The notes beneath the pieces were generated by a model, which was not told where the DNA came from, did no database searches, and was given only the letters and a program-made list of their open reading frames with translations. A DNA stretch of 64,000 nucleotides, taken from NCBI RefSeq assembly GCF_009914755.1, contig NC_060931.1, one strand, 5' to 3'. The stretch is from the human T2T-CHM13v2.0 reference genome, Homo sapiens. Position 1 is the first letter of the stretch. Each line of letters begins with the position of its first letter. This document shows positions 1-17,394 of this stretch, one piece after another. The position numbers and the translations under genes were made by a program.

Positions 1-129
1 TTATGATTATCCCCTAGGATAAGTTTCTAGCAATGAAATTACGGGGGACAAGAGTATGTACAGTGTCAGCTCTCTCATGTGTCTTACGTCTGCATGCTGA
101 AACAATTTATGGTTTAGGGACATGCAATA

Positions 130-345
130 GTTGTTTCCTGTATCCCTAATGACGCTGAATACATCGTTTTTCAAACCATTACCAATTTGGTAAGCAGAGC
201 TCAATAGCTCAAAGTTTTAATATGCATTTATTTTATTATTAGCAAGGTTGAACTTTTTTACATACATGTTTTTATTTGTATTTCTGCATATGTCAATTCA
301 TGTTCTTTGTCCATTTCTCTATTGGTGTACTCATCTTTTCTAAAA
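130..345 (-). mobile_element. Old L1M (L1ME-like) fragment
   Basis: Degenerate antisense L1 ORF2 3' text (gttttaatatgcattt...gttgaac...tttgtatttct...ctttgtccatttctattgg). Confidence 0.6.
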
Positions 346-670
346 TATTATTTTAATTAATTATGGTTTTTAACTTAATACTATTTATCTTTACTTTTTA
401 ATTATTCATCTTTAAAATGTATAATTAATTATTTTAATTTATAACATTACTTACAATTTTTTATACTACTAATTACGACTTTATACTTTAAGCCATTTTA
501 TATCTATTTTTGTTAATCTTTCAAATTTGTTCTCATTTTTTATAATTGCTGTTATCTAATTTGAGCCTTTTGAAATACTTTTTTCAATCATTTTATTGCC
601 TTATATCATTCTTTTTATCCCCTTCTTATTTCTCTTGAAAATCATCTCCTCTGTTTTTAATTATCTCTTT
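345..670. repeat. AT-rich low-complexity tract
   Basis: Nearly all A/T with many short T runs. Confidence 0.7.
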
Positions 671-1134
671 CAATGACTTTTAAACTAATAGGAGAAAAAG
701 TGGGAAGAGAAATAGTAAGTGTGGGGAGAGTCCATGATGTTCTAGAGAGTTTAGGAGCCTTCTTTCCCCGGCTGCCCCGAGGCTATTCTTCCACTGGACC
801 TCCTTTCCTTCCAAGGCTGGTTTCCCTGCCCTCAGGGACCCACAGAGCAATCCTCCTGACCACAGCCTGTGTGTGTGTATGTAGGAATGCCATTGTCTCT
901 GGACCTCTGCCTCCACACCTTTCACAGAGAGCTATGAGATGATCAGTGGGGTCCCTGACACACACAGCCACTAGATTTGGGGCAAGCTGTGCCAACGATA
1001 TCCCAGGAGAAAGGAGGGGAAGGTGGGCAGAAGAAGACATCTAGGGAAGGGCACTCTGCAAATTGCCTTTCTCCTAACTGTGGAGAGAAACCAAGGGGTG
1101 TCGCATCTCTAGAACAGCTCCCACTCTCCTTCCT

Positions 1135-1240
1135 TGTACTGTGAGCTCCTTGAACGCAGGGACTCTGTCTTCTTCAACTTTATATTCAGTCCATACTGGA
1201 TCCCTAGTCTTCCGACGCATGTTTGTTAAATGAATTAATT
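1135..1240 (+). mobile_element. L2 3' end
   Basis: actgtgagctccttga..cagggactctgtctt ... tttgttaaatgaatt, typical L2 tail. Confidence 0.6.
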
Positions 1241-1271
1241 AACGTGAACCAAGTATGTTCTCTTTTCTAAA

Positions 1272-1500
1272 GGGCCAGCATCGTGTGGTGGGGTCAGAAA
1301 TCTTAGGTTGTAACTCCAGCTTTATAATTAGTAAAGTAAGACCTATAGCGAGATCATGGATATAATGTTTAATTTCTCTAATTGTTGGCTTTCTCGTTTC
1401 TAAAAAAAGGATAATACCTAACCAATTTACTTTATAAGGGTAAAATAAGGAAAACCCTATAGGTTGTTATGGAGATTTCAGAAGAAGTTTTTAAGTCATT
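1272..1500 (+). mobile_element. MIR SINE remnant
   Basis: Degenerate MIR core (tttaatttctct...tttctcgtttctaaaaaaggataatacc...ggttgttatggagatt). Confidence 0.55.
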
Positions 1501-1617
1501 TAAATGTAAAAGTTGTTTGGGAAAATTTAATTAGAATACAAAATAACTAAGATATGAGTGCCCTTTTCCCTCACTCTTGCCCAATACTCAGGTGTGGCTG
1601 GTCCACTCAGCAGGTCC

Positions 1618-1912
1618 TGTTGTAAGTTCTTGTCACACGACCAGGAAAGATTAGGCACGCAGACACTTTGAAGGGTGAGGGGTTACAGAATTTATTGAGG
1701 GAAAAGGAAAAAGACTCTCGGCAAAGCAAGAGGGGCTCCTGTTAACAGGCCCCCATCTTACAGATTGAATTTCAGGTCACCACCCAGGAACAGGAGAAGC
1801 CAGGCTCCTCCCCACTGCAAATGGCACAAACTTCCTGAGGCCTCACCCCATCCTCCCAGTGTGCAGGCCAGTTGGAAATTTTCCAGGGAGCCCTTTTTAC
1901 TTGGCTGTCTCA
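1618..1912 (-). mobile_element. MER61-family solo LTR (ERV1)
   Basis: Reverse strand begins TGAGACAGCCAAG, contains AATAAA and cttcaaagtgtctgc..gtcgtgtgacaag, ends ACAACA; exact 4-bp TSD GTCC (1614-1617/1913-1916). Confidence 0.85.
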
Positions 1913-2217
1913 GTCCCACTGTCCTTTTTCTCCATCCCACACCTGATGGAGCTACTCAGTGGAGGCAGAGGCACCAGGCTGGGTGAATCTCTGTAGGAAA
2001 GGCCTGGGTTGACTCCAAGAGAGACCAGCAGAGGGGAGGAGGGAAGAGGATAAGAGAGGCCTCAGGGGCAGGGAAGATGTGATGGAGGAAGGCTGCAGAG
2101 AAGGTCCCAGGGGTCAGGGGTTGGAAAATGGAGTGACAAGAGAGATAGGGAAATTCAGTCAACCTTTCTGTGGACTATGAACTGGCTCCACTTTATTCTT
2201 TTTCAGTAGATGCCAGT

Positions 2218-2587
2218 TGTACCTGTCAGGGTTCTCCACAGAAATTGAACCTGTAGGAGATGTAGATGATAGAGATAGAGGTAGAGAGGTAAATGTGTGC
2301 CGGGCATGGTGGTTCACGCCTGTTCACTCCCAGTACTTTGGGAGGCCGAGGTGGGAGGATCCCTTGAGTCCAGGAATTCAAGACTAGCCTGGGCAACATA
2401 GGGAGACCCCCACCTTTACAAAAAAAATAATTTAAAAATTACCCTGGAGTTGTGGCATGTGCCTGTGGTTCCAGCTACTCAAGAGGCTGAGGTGAGAGGA
2501 TCGCCTGAGCCCAGGAGGTCAGCGCTGCAGTGAGCCGTGATCGCACCATTGCAGACCAGCCTGGGCAACAGAGACTCTGTCTCCAAG

Positions 2588-2623
<36 letters not shown>

Positions 2624-2992
2624 TAGATGTGGATATAGATCTATTATGTATATATGTGTGAGGTATATGTATATTCCAAGGAATTGGCTTACACAGTTTT
2701 GGGGGCTGACAAATCTGAAATCTGCTGGACAGGCTAGCAGGCTGGCAGTCTGGAACCTCTGGGTCAGGAGCTGATGTGGCAGTCTTGAAGCAGAATTCCT
2801 TCCTCCTCAGGAAAACCTAGTTTTACTCTTAAAGCCTTCTAACTGACTAATAAGGCCCACCCACATTATTGAGGATAATTTCCTTGACTTAAAGCCACAT
2901 CTCCAACATACCACCACAGCAACACCTAGATTTGTGCTTGAGTAACTGTGTACTGCAGCCTAGCCAAGTTGCACAGAAAACTGACCATCACG
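2218..2992 (-). mobile_element. MLT2 (MLT2C/D-like) ERVL solo LTR, interrupted by AluJ
   Basis: Ends match MLT2 (cagggttctcc..agaa; gcctagccaagttg..accatcac); 5-bp TSD CCAGT (2213-2217/2993-2997). Confidence 0.85.
2298..2620 (+). mobile_element. AluJ with (GA)n tail
   Basis: Dimeric Alu with J-type ggaggatc..ttgag.ccagg; (GA)n at 2591-2620. Confidence 0.95.
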
Positions 2993-3090
2993 CCAGTATA
3001 GATTGGATCTGCTTTACATTTTTGCTGCTAGGCTGTTTCTTTGAGTGAGACCCTGATCTGAGATTGAACTACACAGTGCAATGGGATTTA

Positions 3091-3452
<362 letters not shown>

Positions 3453-3506
3453 AACAAATACAAGGACCAGCATCACTCCATGGATTAAGGAGGTGCTGTG
3501 CAAGTA

Positions 3507-3565
3507 TTAGGTTGGTGCAAAAGTAATTGCTGCTTTTGCCATTATTTTCAACCCCAATTACTCTT
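3507..3565. mobile_element. MADE1 (Hsmar1-derived MITE), partial
   Basis: TA|TTAGGTTGGTGCAAAAGTAATTGC..TTTTGCCATTA is the MADE1 TIR; the right arm is reduced to ccaattactctt. Confidence 0.85.
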
Positions 3566-3991
3566 CTTCAATATTTTTGCTGATTAAAATTATAGAGTGA
3601 AAAGGGGAAGAGAAAGTAATTGGGCAGCTGGGCATTCTGGCTGTGTCCTTAGGGGATTCTGGGGAGAGAGCCTTCTCTCTGAGGGTGGGCAATCTAAAAG
3701 TGTACATCCCGGCCTGCAAAGCTGACCCAAAGGGAGCACTGGTGTCTTCATAGGGCACTTTGGTGCTTGACATGTGTGTAGTAACTTAGTCCAAGCATCT
3801 GCAAAGTCCAAGTGATCTATTCATTTGTAAACGAAAATACCTCCCAAGAGGAAAGAGAAGGCCAGGAGGGACACAGAGAAGCAAGCTGATTCCAGCAATG
3901 GAAGAAAGAAAATGCTCCAAAGGCTCCTCGGGTAGCCCGTAGCCCAGTCCTCTGAGGAAGAGCTCTCCTTCCTGAGCACTGGCTTCTTTAG

Positions 3992-4358
<367 letters not shown>

Positions 4359-5240
4359 CCAGGGCCTCTTCTATAGAGAGGGCAGCCTGACAGGAGGCAA
4401 GAGAGACAGCCACTTCCTGGGCCCCCATCTACCCTCACCCCATCCCCATGGAACCACTTCCTCCCACTCAAGCATCACGGATCACCCATGGACTGTTGAA
4501 GCCTTCTTGGCCTTCCTGGAGTAGATTTCCTGGATGGGGATGCCGTCCTCCAGACACCCCTTCCCAAGCTGCATGCTATAAACTGAATCCTTAGCATGGA
4601 AAACAAAAGCCTTGCCAGCCCACGAATCACTTTTAATGATCCCTGAAAGAAACCATCAGTAAACCTCAGGCAGAGATCTGGAAGTCTGGAGGTATGGCTA
4701 CAAAAACACAAGGTGAGGAAGGTGACATATCAAGGCTCATTTCACTTGGGCAGCATCTCTGTTTCTTTCTTTCATGGATCATTGTGTTTGCCTCTTTGTC
4801 TGCCGGGAGGTAGAGATGCATCTTACCTGAACACATTAGGAATTTATAGTTAATCTTGAGCTGTGATGAGCCTTATCCATCTCGATATTAGTACCATACT
4901 CGGGACTGTGCTGCCTGTGTGTTGAGACAGAGGGATTCAATTATAAACAAAATGCCTGCAACAAATGCCAGCCTTCTCCTATTAGAATGTTAAATGGTCA
5001 ATGTAGCTGTGAGCGCAGGAGGAAAAGCTATTGTCGGCTCCCTCCACCCCTCACCCTACTTCATTTCTTCTGCCCTGCCTTCCCCAGCCTCTTAGGGATC
5101 TGGTATGGTGATGAAACTCAGTCCTCACCCTTTTAGCCTGGTCACAGTCCCCTCCCAGGTTTAAGTAGACTCCAGAGTGCTAGAGCCCATTTGACAGAGA
5201 GGAAGTACATCACTATTATAGCCCTGATTTAATATCACGA

Positions 5241-5801
5241 ATATGGTAAATCATATTTTCAAAAAATGGCCAGAGCCATATTTCCAATATTCCTGGTCCC
5301 ATGTTCTTTTCCTGAACTTTTCACTCCCTATTAAGGGGTGGAGTCTGCTTTCCCTTCCTCTGAACCTGGTTGGGCTTTCTGACAGATTCAGTGAATAGAG
5401 TGCAGCAGATGAGATCCTGTATGGCTTCTGCAAGTCTGGGTTATAAAAAGCAATATTGCTTCTGCCTGGTTCCCTCTTTCTCAAGATGCCAAGCTTTGGA
5501 GCCCAGTCACCATGCTGTGGGGAACCCCAGGCCACATAGAGAGGCCATGTATGGTTGTTCCAGCTGACAGTCCCTGCTAAGGTCACAGCTTCCAGCTGGC
5601 AGCACCCACCAGACCTGGGAGGGAGTGAGACTTCAGATGATTCCAGCCTGGGCACACCCCAGCGTATGTGGGTGGAGCACAGATGAGTTCTCCCTGCTGA
5701 GCTCTGCTCAAATTGCAATTTGTGAGCAAAATTAATGCCCTATTGTTTCAAGCCATAAAGTTATAGGGTAATTTTGTTGGAATAGGCATAGCAACTGGAA
5801 T
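5241..5801 (+). mobile_element. MLT1G-like MaLR solo LTR
   Basis: aaaaatggcc..ggtggagtct..ttataaaaag..gagaggcc..ttccagctgacagtcc..ctgctcaaattgca..gtttcaagcca..gcaactggaata. Confidence 0.75.
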
Positions 5802-5877
5802 AATGACTCTTCTAGATCTGGAATCTAGAAGCCTGAAAAGACTACTGCACTCTTCACTCACTGAGTCAGGTCAGTCT

Positions 5878-6193
5878 CAAGCCAGGCCCAGAAAGACAAA
5901 CACTGCATGATCTCCTTACAAGTGGAATCTAAAAAAGTTGAACTCGCAGAAGCAGAGAGTTGAACGGAAGTTGCCAGGGGTTGGGGAGTGGGGAAAATGG
6001 GAGATGTTCGTCAAAGGGTACAAATTTTCAGTTATAAAATGAACAAGTTCTGGGATCTAATGAATAGCATGGGTGGTGATGGATGTGTTAATTAATTTGA
6101 CTGCAGTAGCCATTACACAATGTATATATATGTCAAATCATCACATTATACACCTTGAATATGGTCTATCTTTATTTGACAATTCAATATTTT
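5878..6193 (+). mobile_element. L1MA/L1MB 3' UTR fragment
   Basis: cagaaagacaaacactgcatgatctc..gtggaatctaaaaaagttgaactc..aagggtacaaa..tcatcacattatacacctt. Confidence 0.85.
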
Positions 6194-6445
6194 TTTGGGA
6201 GGCCGAGGCGGGTGGATCACTTGAGGTCAGGAGTTCAAGACCAGTCTGGCCATCATGGCAAAACCCCATCTTTACTAAAAATATAAAAATTAGCTGGGCA
6301 TGGTGGCATGCACCTGTAGTCACAGTTACTCAGGAGGCTGAGGCACAATAATCGCTTGAACCCGGGAGGCAAAGGTTGCCGTGAGCCAAGATCACGCCAC
6401 TACACTCCAGCTTGGGCGATAGAGTGAAACTGTGTCTCAAAAAAG
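6194..6445 (+). mobile_element. AluS, 5'-truncated
   Basis: Starts at tttgggaggccgagg. Confidence 0.93.
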
Positions 6446-6529
6446 ATATATATTTTTAAAAACTTAAAGAAAAAGAAAATACCAGTGTTTTGCTGAAGTC
6501 AACAAGCTTTATACAAAAGCACTGGTACA

Positions 6530-6657
6530 AGCCAGGTGCAGTGGTGCCAGCTGTAGTCCTACATCGGAGGCTTGAGGCAGGAGGAATAGCTTGAGCCCAG
6601 GCATTCAAGACCAGCCTGGGCAACATAGTGAGACCCTGTCTCAAAAATAAAACAAAA
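6530..6657 (+). mobile_element. FLAM (free left Alu monomer)
   Basis: Monomeric with A tail; TSD caaaagcact(g/a)gtacaa. Confidence 0.85.
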
Positions 6658-8525
6658 TCATTTTTTCAAAAGCACTAGTACAAATAAAAGCCTTGACAGT
6701 TTTACTGTAAAGAAAAAGGTCTAGAACAACAAACATTAAATTGGTCATTTTTGAGGAGGAGAATGGAATGTGAGGTGATAAACTGCGGACTTTAGTTTTT
6801 TGCTGTATATACCTCCGTATTATTTGAAAAGAATACAAACAAGTATTATAATTTCTAAAATTCTAAAACCAACCAACTAACCAATTAATAAGTAAATGTC
6901 TTGCTTGTTGATTGACTTAGAATTGAAAAAGAGAGAACGGACATGTCTTGCCATCCCCGGGCTCTTTCTGGAGCACTTGGTTCCTTTCTGGATGTTGGCA
7001 AAAGAGACAGTGATGGGGAATCTCCCCTTAGACTTCTTCCCCTTTCCCATGCAGGGCAGGTCTGGTCAAGTACAGGACACCTGTGGCCTATAAGGTCCTG
7101 GGATGATTAGCGAATATCAAATCTAGGCAGCACCAAGCAGTCTCCCTCCCGGGATTTCTAAGAAAGTGTGATACCCAGATGCTGTTTCTTTCATTTGAAT
7201 GTGACGATGAAGCTGTTTCTTTACTTTTCTGTTTTAGAACAAAGCTTTTAAAGCCATACCATCAGTTGTTAAAGCACCTTGAGTTGTTTGTCTAAAAATG
7301 GGGATGATTTCTCAAAGAACTACTGGCGAACACTTGCCAGGTTTCTCTGACAGCCACTGGCTCAATTTTGGGAGATGTTGGTTATGAGTAGCTGGTGACA
7401 TTGGGAGAGATGGAGACTGAACTCATGGTTCAGATCCAGTAACAACAGAAGTCGATCATTTTGAAGTGGATACAGCTAATCTTGTGAATGGACATAGCAC
7501 CAGAATACAATGCATTCTTATACTTTATTTACTAAGCAAACAGAGGCAAATGGCTTGATTTCTCTTTCATTCATCCTCTTAACACTCAACTGAGCTCCCA
7601 CTTGTACCAGAATGTTCCATCCTTAGTAAAATGAACTGCGGACAGCATATGAGTGGCTTGTAAATATGAAAGTGTTGCCTTTTACCTTGGATGTGCCTTG
7701 GCCAGGCCATATGTAACTTAAGCCATGGCTACCGAGAATGACATTGTATCAAGTTCCCCAGGGAACAGCAGTGGCAGAATCAGAAATAAAAAAGCTGACC
7801 AAAAGCTCTCTTTTCATGCTAGCTGGAATTTACCGAAAGTGAATCCAAACTGCAAAAGGGTACTAAGGCTGGGTTAGAAATTATAAACCTTCATGAGACA
7901 CAAATAAAACACACTTCCCTATAGATCAGCCAGCAGTACAGGAGACGACTGCCTCCTGTCTGGGAGCTTACCTCTGCAAGGATTCAGTGGAGTGGCACTG
8001 GGGAGCAGGTAGCATTTTGATTGTGAATGTTTCTTTGATTTGGCACTGCTCTGAGACGGATCTGTTCCATAATAGATTTAGGGTGGTTATATACACAATC
8101 TCGTGATGCTGGCTAGCAGAAAGTTTGAATACTCAAGTGATACTTTAAATATACTTTTCAAAGGAACGCATTTTTAAGTACCCCTCAATTCTTTCATTTC
8201 TTTTATCGTTTGAAACCCAAGGTAAGTGTTTCCTCATCAAATAGTACATTCTCTTTAAATATACTAAATCACATGCTAAGCATTCCTTTCCCTCTTTTTA
8301 CAAAATGATCAGATTAGGAAGAATGACATTGCAACTGTATTGCTAATTTCTTTATCTGTCCTTACAAAGGTTTAGCTTTCCAAAGCAGCTTTAAAATTTA
8401 AGTGCCTATGAGATGCCATGTGCAGTCAGGTACCAAAGATACAGCTCTACCTGCAATGGCTTTCTGTTTGAGGTGGCAGTTCTAAGCATTAATGTATTAA
8501 TGTGCACCAGAACCACCTGAGATAC

Positions 8526-9253
<728 letters not shown>

Positions 9254-9500
9254 TAACAAGCATCCCAGATGATTCCATTGAGAATAGTCTGCAGCCTACG
9301 CCACCCCTCCAGAGGTGAAAATCTCCTTCGTGGCCTTCCTGTCCGCCTACACTAGAAAGTGCCATTGTGCAGCATTTGACACCTATCTGTCATTTTACTT
9401 TTCGGAATTGACTTTTTATATAGTGCCTTTATTAAAACTCAATTTTTACTTTTTCCTATTTGTCCTGCAAGGTCCAGACTTGAGATAGAAATAGGTTTGA

Positions 9501-9800
9501 GGCTGGGTGCCGTGGCTGACGCCTGTAATCCCAACACTTTGGGAGGCTGAGGCAGGCAGATCATGGGGTCAGGTGTTTGAGAACAGCCTGGCCAACATGG
9601 TGAAACCTCATCTCTACTAAAGATACAAAAAAATTAGCTGGGAGTGGTGGCCCACACCTGTAATCCCCGCTACTTGGGAAGTTGAGGCAGGAGAATCACT
9701 CAAACCCAGGAGGCAGAGATTGAGGGAGCTGAGATCGCAACCCTGCACTCCAGCCTGGGCCACAGAGTGAGACTCTGTCTCAAAATAATAACAATAAACA
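9501..9800 (+). mobile_element. AluS (Sg-like)
   Basis: Full-length Alu. Confidence 0.95.
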
Positions 9801-10505
9801 AGTTCGGAGGAGCAAGATTACAGGGAAGTGGATGTTTAAAGTCTAAATCAGAATCTAATTTTGATGCAAGGTATAATATTCACTTACTAAACGCAGCTTA
9901 GGGATTCTGAGCTAAGAAATATTCATGTGGATAAGAAAAAAATCTATTGTAGAAGTGAATTACATGTTCTTTTCAGAAATGTCATCCTCTATTTCATTAA
10001 AACAGTTTTAGTGCTAAAGAAAAAAAGGCATGAGTCCTGTTTAGCTAAACTGTAATTGCTGAAAGTATGATGGGACATTTCATTCTCCCAGCCCCCAGGC
10101 TTCCCTCAATTCGTGTTAATAGCCAGGTTGGCAGGACACACAACTTGAACACTGAAAAGGCCATCACATCCTGATTCAAGACCTCATAGCTAAAGAATTT
10201 ATCGTCTTATCATTGGGTCAAAAAAATTGTTGCTTCTGTTTTGACCTTCCATAAACCCTCTTCTCTCCCTAGGGCTCCTCGGCATAAAACAGAATTGAAA
10301 CCAACTAAGCAGGGTCACAAATATTACTTCCCATCAGTTCCCTGGGCTTCTTAAAGATGGTAGCCAAGGTTAGGAGAGTGGATATTACTCCTGAGCTGCA
10401 CGGATAGAGTGAATAAAGTTGTGAAATCTCCACTCCTCTGATAATTAAGGTTCTGACCACAGGAGAATAAGAAGAATTAGAAAAATGAGTGGTACTGGAT
10501 GATTA

Positions 10506-11322
<817 letters not shown>

Positions 11323-11351
11323 TTATACATTTGTCCTTGAGATTTATGGCA

Positions 11352-12102
<751 letters not shown>

Positions 12103-12439
12103 TATAGTCTTTTTTAAATTAGTTCTCATTTTAATCAAATAAATATATTACATGGTTAAAAAGCAAAAAGGTATGAAGAGGTTTTTGCTGGTAAACAGCA
12201 GTCTCCTGCTCAACCCTTCTCCACCCCCAGTCAGGGAGGCAATTAATCTCGACTCTTCTAATTCCCTATTACCTATGTCAACGATTTCAATGGCAAGCAT
12301 ACATTATTTCCATTTTAAGCATTATCTGCTGACGTCCCCCAAGGGCAGAGGAGAACTTTGCTCATTTATACTGCCTTTGCTCTCATTCTTCCCATCCCCC
12401 ACCAGCATCACGTATCAGAACTTCTGGTTCAATCAATAG

Positions 12440-12731
12440 TTGTTTGTTCGTTTGAGACAGGGTCTTGCTCTGTTGCCCAGGCTGGAGTGTAGTGGCCTGA
12501 TTTCGGCTCACTGCAGTCTCAACCCCCGAGTCTGAAGACATCTTCCCATCTCAGCCTCCTGAGTAGCTGGCACTACAGGCATACACCACCACACCTGGCT
12601 AATTTTTGTATTTTTTTGTAGAGATGGGGTTTCACCATGTTGCCCAGGCTGATCTTGAACTCCTGAGCAGAAATGATTCACCCACCTTGGCATCTCAAAG
12701 TGCTGGGAGGCATGAGCCACTGTGCCCAGCC
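12440..12731 (-). mobile_element. AluJ
   Basis: Antisense Alu; TSD aatagtt. Confidence 0.93.
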
Positions 12732-12829
12732 AATAGTTATTTTTTATATTATTGTGACTATTATAACCTATAACCATATCTCATCAAATGTAAGATTGTC
12801 ATCAATTGTAAGATATATTATTTTGTGTT

Positions 12830-13525
<696 letters not shown>

Positions 13526-15447
13526 GTACTATTATTGTATATACTACTGAGAAGACAAAATGTTGCCAATTAAGCATGACATACCATCAATTATATGTTT
13601 CATCCCAGTTTCAGAAATAGCAACATGTAAAACAAAAACGTTTTGTCAGTCCCCCTTCCCTACACATTAGAATATCAGATCCATAAAAGCAAGCACTTTG
13701 TTTGTTTTCTTCACTGCTGCAGGCTTGGTAAAGCACACAAAACTCAATGAAGAACTGTTGAATGAATATGCAAATTCTGATTCCTTTTGAGCTGCACAGT
13801 TTGCTATGATGCAGTTTGATTCTTATGTAACCCATTTGCTTAGTTTTCTAGGAACCTCCCATTAGTAATTCCCAAGTGTCCCAGCATTACTGTCACATAT
13901 GCTTTCATCCCATTCTCATGTGCTCAAACATGTCAGTCCCATCTTCTCTCCTATTTAGGAGACTCTGGATTGACCTCCTGAAGCCCTCTGTCCTTCTATT
14001 CCCATCTCTACCTCCCTCACCTCATTTGGGAATTCCCTTTACTGCTGTCTTGTGTTCTTTTTTTCTTGATCCCATGTTTCCCCTTTTTTGGATTACCACC
14101 TTGTTCTTATGGAGCATATCCTTGATGATCTTCCCAGGAAAGGTCTTTTTTTGGGGAGTGGTTGTGTGTCTAAAAAGATCTTTATTATACCACCCCATTA
14201 TTGATTGATAATTTGGGGTAGGTAGAGAATTCTAGAATGAGTATTGTTTTTCACTCAGAGCTTTGAAGGCTCCATGGAATGAATCAGCCCTCCTACTCCC
14301 ACAGGCACTGTGGTGTGGCCTTCTTTGCTAATCAGCTGCTACTCTTCCATCTTCCTGCCATTTCCCAAAAATAACCTGAAATCTGTTTATTCTTGCTTCA
14401 TCTCCAATTTTTTTGGTCTTTGTGAGTTTATCCCTTTTTAAAACATTTATTTACTCTTTATTATTTAGTAGAGTTTTAAGAAACAGAGGAAAGACATTAC
14501 TTCTGGTTACTGTTTTTCCATTGGGGATTTGTTTTTAAATAACATTTCCTTATTTCAAAGTTAATGTATGTTTATTGAATAAAACACAAGTAAGCAAAAG
14601 AAGGAAAATTAATATCACCTGTGATCCCACTGCCTAGAGAAAGTAATTGTGACTATGGATTTTTCCAGCACTTTTTACTGTATGTCACATAAAAAAAGTT
14701 GTCATTACTATTGTTACCCACTGCTACCCCTATTAAGGGGTGGGAGAAAGGATGCTGGTAACAGGAGATCCCTTTTGTGAAACACTATAATGGGAGGGGT
14801 AATGCAAATTTGGAGCTAGAAGCTGAAACAGAGGATTATTCTACATAATTAAAGGTGGTACCAATGCATTTGGGGCTAGAGGGAAAGCCAGGAGAAAGTG
14901 TACAGAGGCCAGGGATGTTGAGTATTGTATTAAAGATGGATGGCAAAAAAACTCCTATTGGCATCAAGGTAGAAAAAAAAAGGATTTTCAAAACTAGACC
15001 TGACTGATGGATCAGTGCTTGCTTAAGGATGTGAAGTGTAAACCCACTTTATTGTATTGTTCAATGTTACCTAAATTAGTAAGCTCTTTCTCAGAAAATT
15101 CAAGAGCTACTTGGTCATCTATACAATTCAGTATGAGAACAAGCATTACATGTGGAAAAATGTGATATTTAGTTTACATAAACATATATGTATATTTTAG
15201 GAAAAATGGGACCATTTTTATACTGGGCTCTTATGCATCATGTTTTTTTCCACTAAGTAACTGTGAATGACTTTCACATTATTAAAAATTCCCCTACTGA
15301 GACAACTGAATAGATACCTACCTGCAAAAGAAAGTAAAAAGACAGCATATAAAAACGGGAGAAAATATTTGCAAATCATATATCTAGTATCCAGAATATG
15401 TAAAGAACTCCTACAACTCAACAACAAAAGGTAAAACAATCAAACTA

Positions 15448-15920
<473 letters not shown>

Positions 15921-16490
15921 TTAAACACAGAAAATAGTGTTGGCAAGGATGTGGAGAGATTGGAGCCCTCATACATTGGTGTTGGGAATGTAAAATGGTT
16001 CAGCTGCTACAAAAAAACAGTTTCTTTTTGGTTCCTCAAAAAGTTAATGTATGACCTAGCAATTCCGCTCCTACGTATACACTCACATGAATTAGAAACA
16101 GATACTCAAATACACGTACATCCATGTTTGCAGCACTATTCACAATAGCCAAAAGGTGGAAACAACCCACATGTTCATCAATGGATGAATGGATAAACAA
16201 ATTGTGGTATATACATACAATGGAATATTATTTAGCTGTAATAAGAAATGATAAACTAATACAGCTCTACAACATGAATAAACCTATAAAACACTCTGAA
16301 GCGAGGCACAAAAGCTCAAATATCATATGGTTCCATTGATTTGACATATCCAGAATAAGCGAATCTGTAGAGACAGAAATCAAGATAAGGATTTCTGTGG
16401 GGTCAGGTGCTGGAGGGATGGAGAAATGAGAAGTAATGGCTTAATGTTTGTGGGTTTCCTTTTAGGATGATAAAAACATTTTGAAACTAG

Positions 16491-16853
<363 letters not shown>

Positions 16854-17394
16854 TAAAATGGTTATTTTTATGGCATGTGAACTTCACCTCAAATTTTTAA
16901 AATCCCCTAAACACTGTTTTTAATGACCACAGTGTTATATTTGGCAGATACACTATTAAAAAAATCCTTCATTTTTTTGACATAGAGATTGCTTCTAGTT
17001 TTTCCTTGGTATAAACGAAACTGTACAAACACCCTAGCAGCTAAATATTTGCAGACATCTCCTTTTAGGAAAAAACAATCCCAAAAGGTAGGCTTGCTTG
17101 GCCAATGAAGATATATAGTTAAAAGTGTTTAGATAATTTTTCCAGATTGTCCACAAGAAACACTGAAAAAGATTAAGATTCATCTACTCTACTCCAGGGA
17201 AATTATTTGTATCAATATGTTTTAACCATTGCTCAGAATGGAGCCCTAATGACATCACACAGATTTTCCAACCTCGCCACCCTTCTTGCAGTCCCATGGC
17301 AATCATCTCTCATCTGTATCTTCAAATATCACCCATATGTGTATAATTCCCAAAGCTCTATCTCCAGCCCAACTTTCCCTCTTGAACTCCAGCC

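Noticed and set aside
1618-1912. p53 response element in MER61
   Set aside because: Some MER61 subfamilies carry p53 sites, but I see no tandem RRRCWWGYYY in this copy.
7215-8227. Strong splice acceptor (7237) and consensus donor AAG/GTAAGT (8221/8222); also an acceptor at 22045
   Set aside because: They do not pair into a plausibly sized exon with an open frame; isolated sites like these are expected by chance without transcript data.
16124-16339. ORF MFAALFTIAKRWKQP..
   Set aside because: C-terminal remnant of L1 ORF2p in a truncated L1MB; not a host gene.
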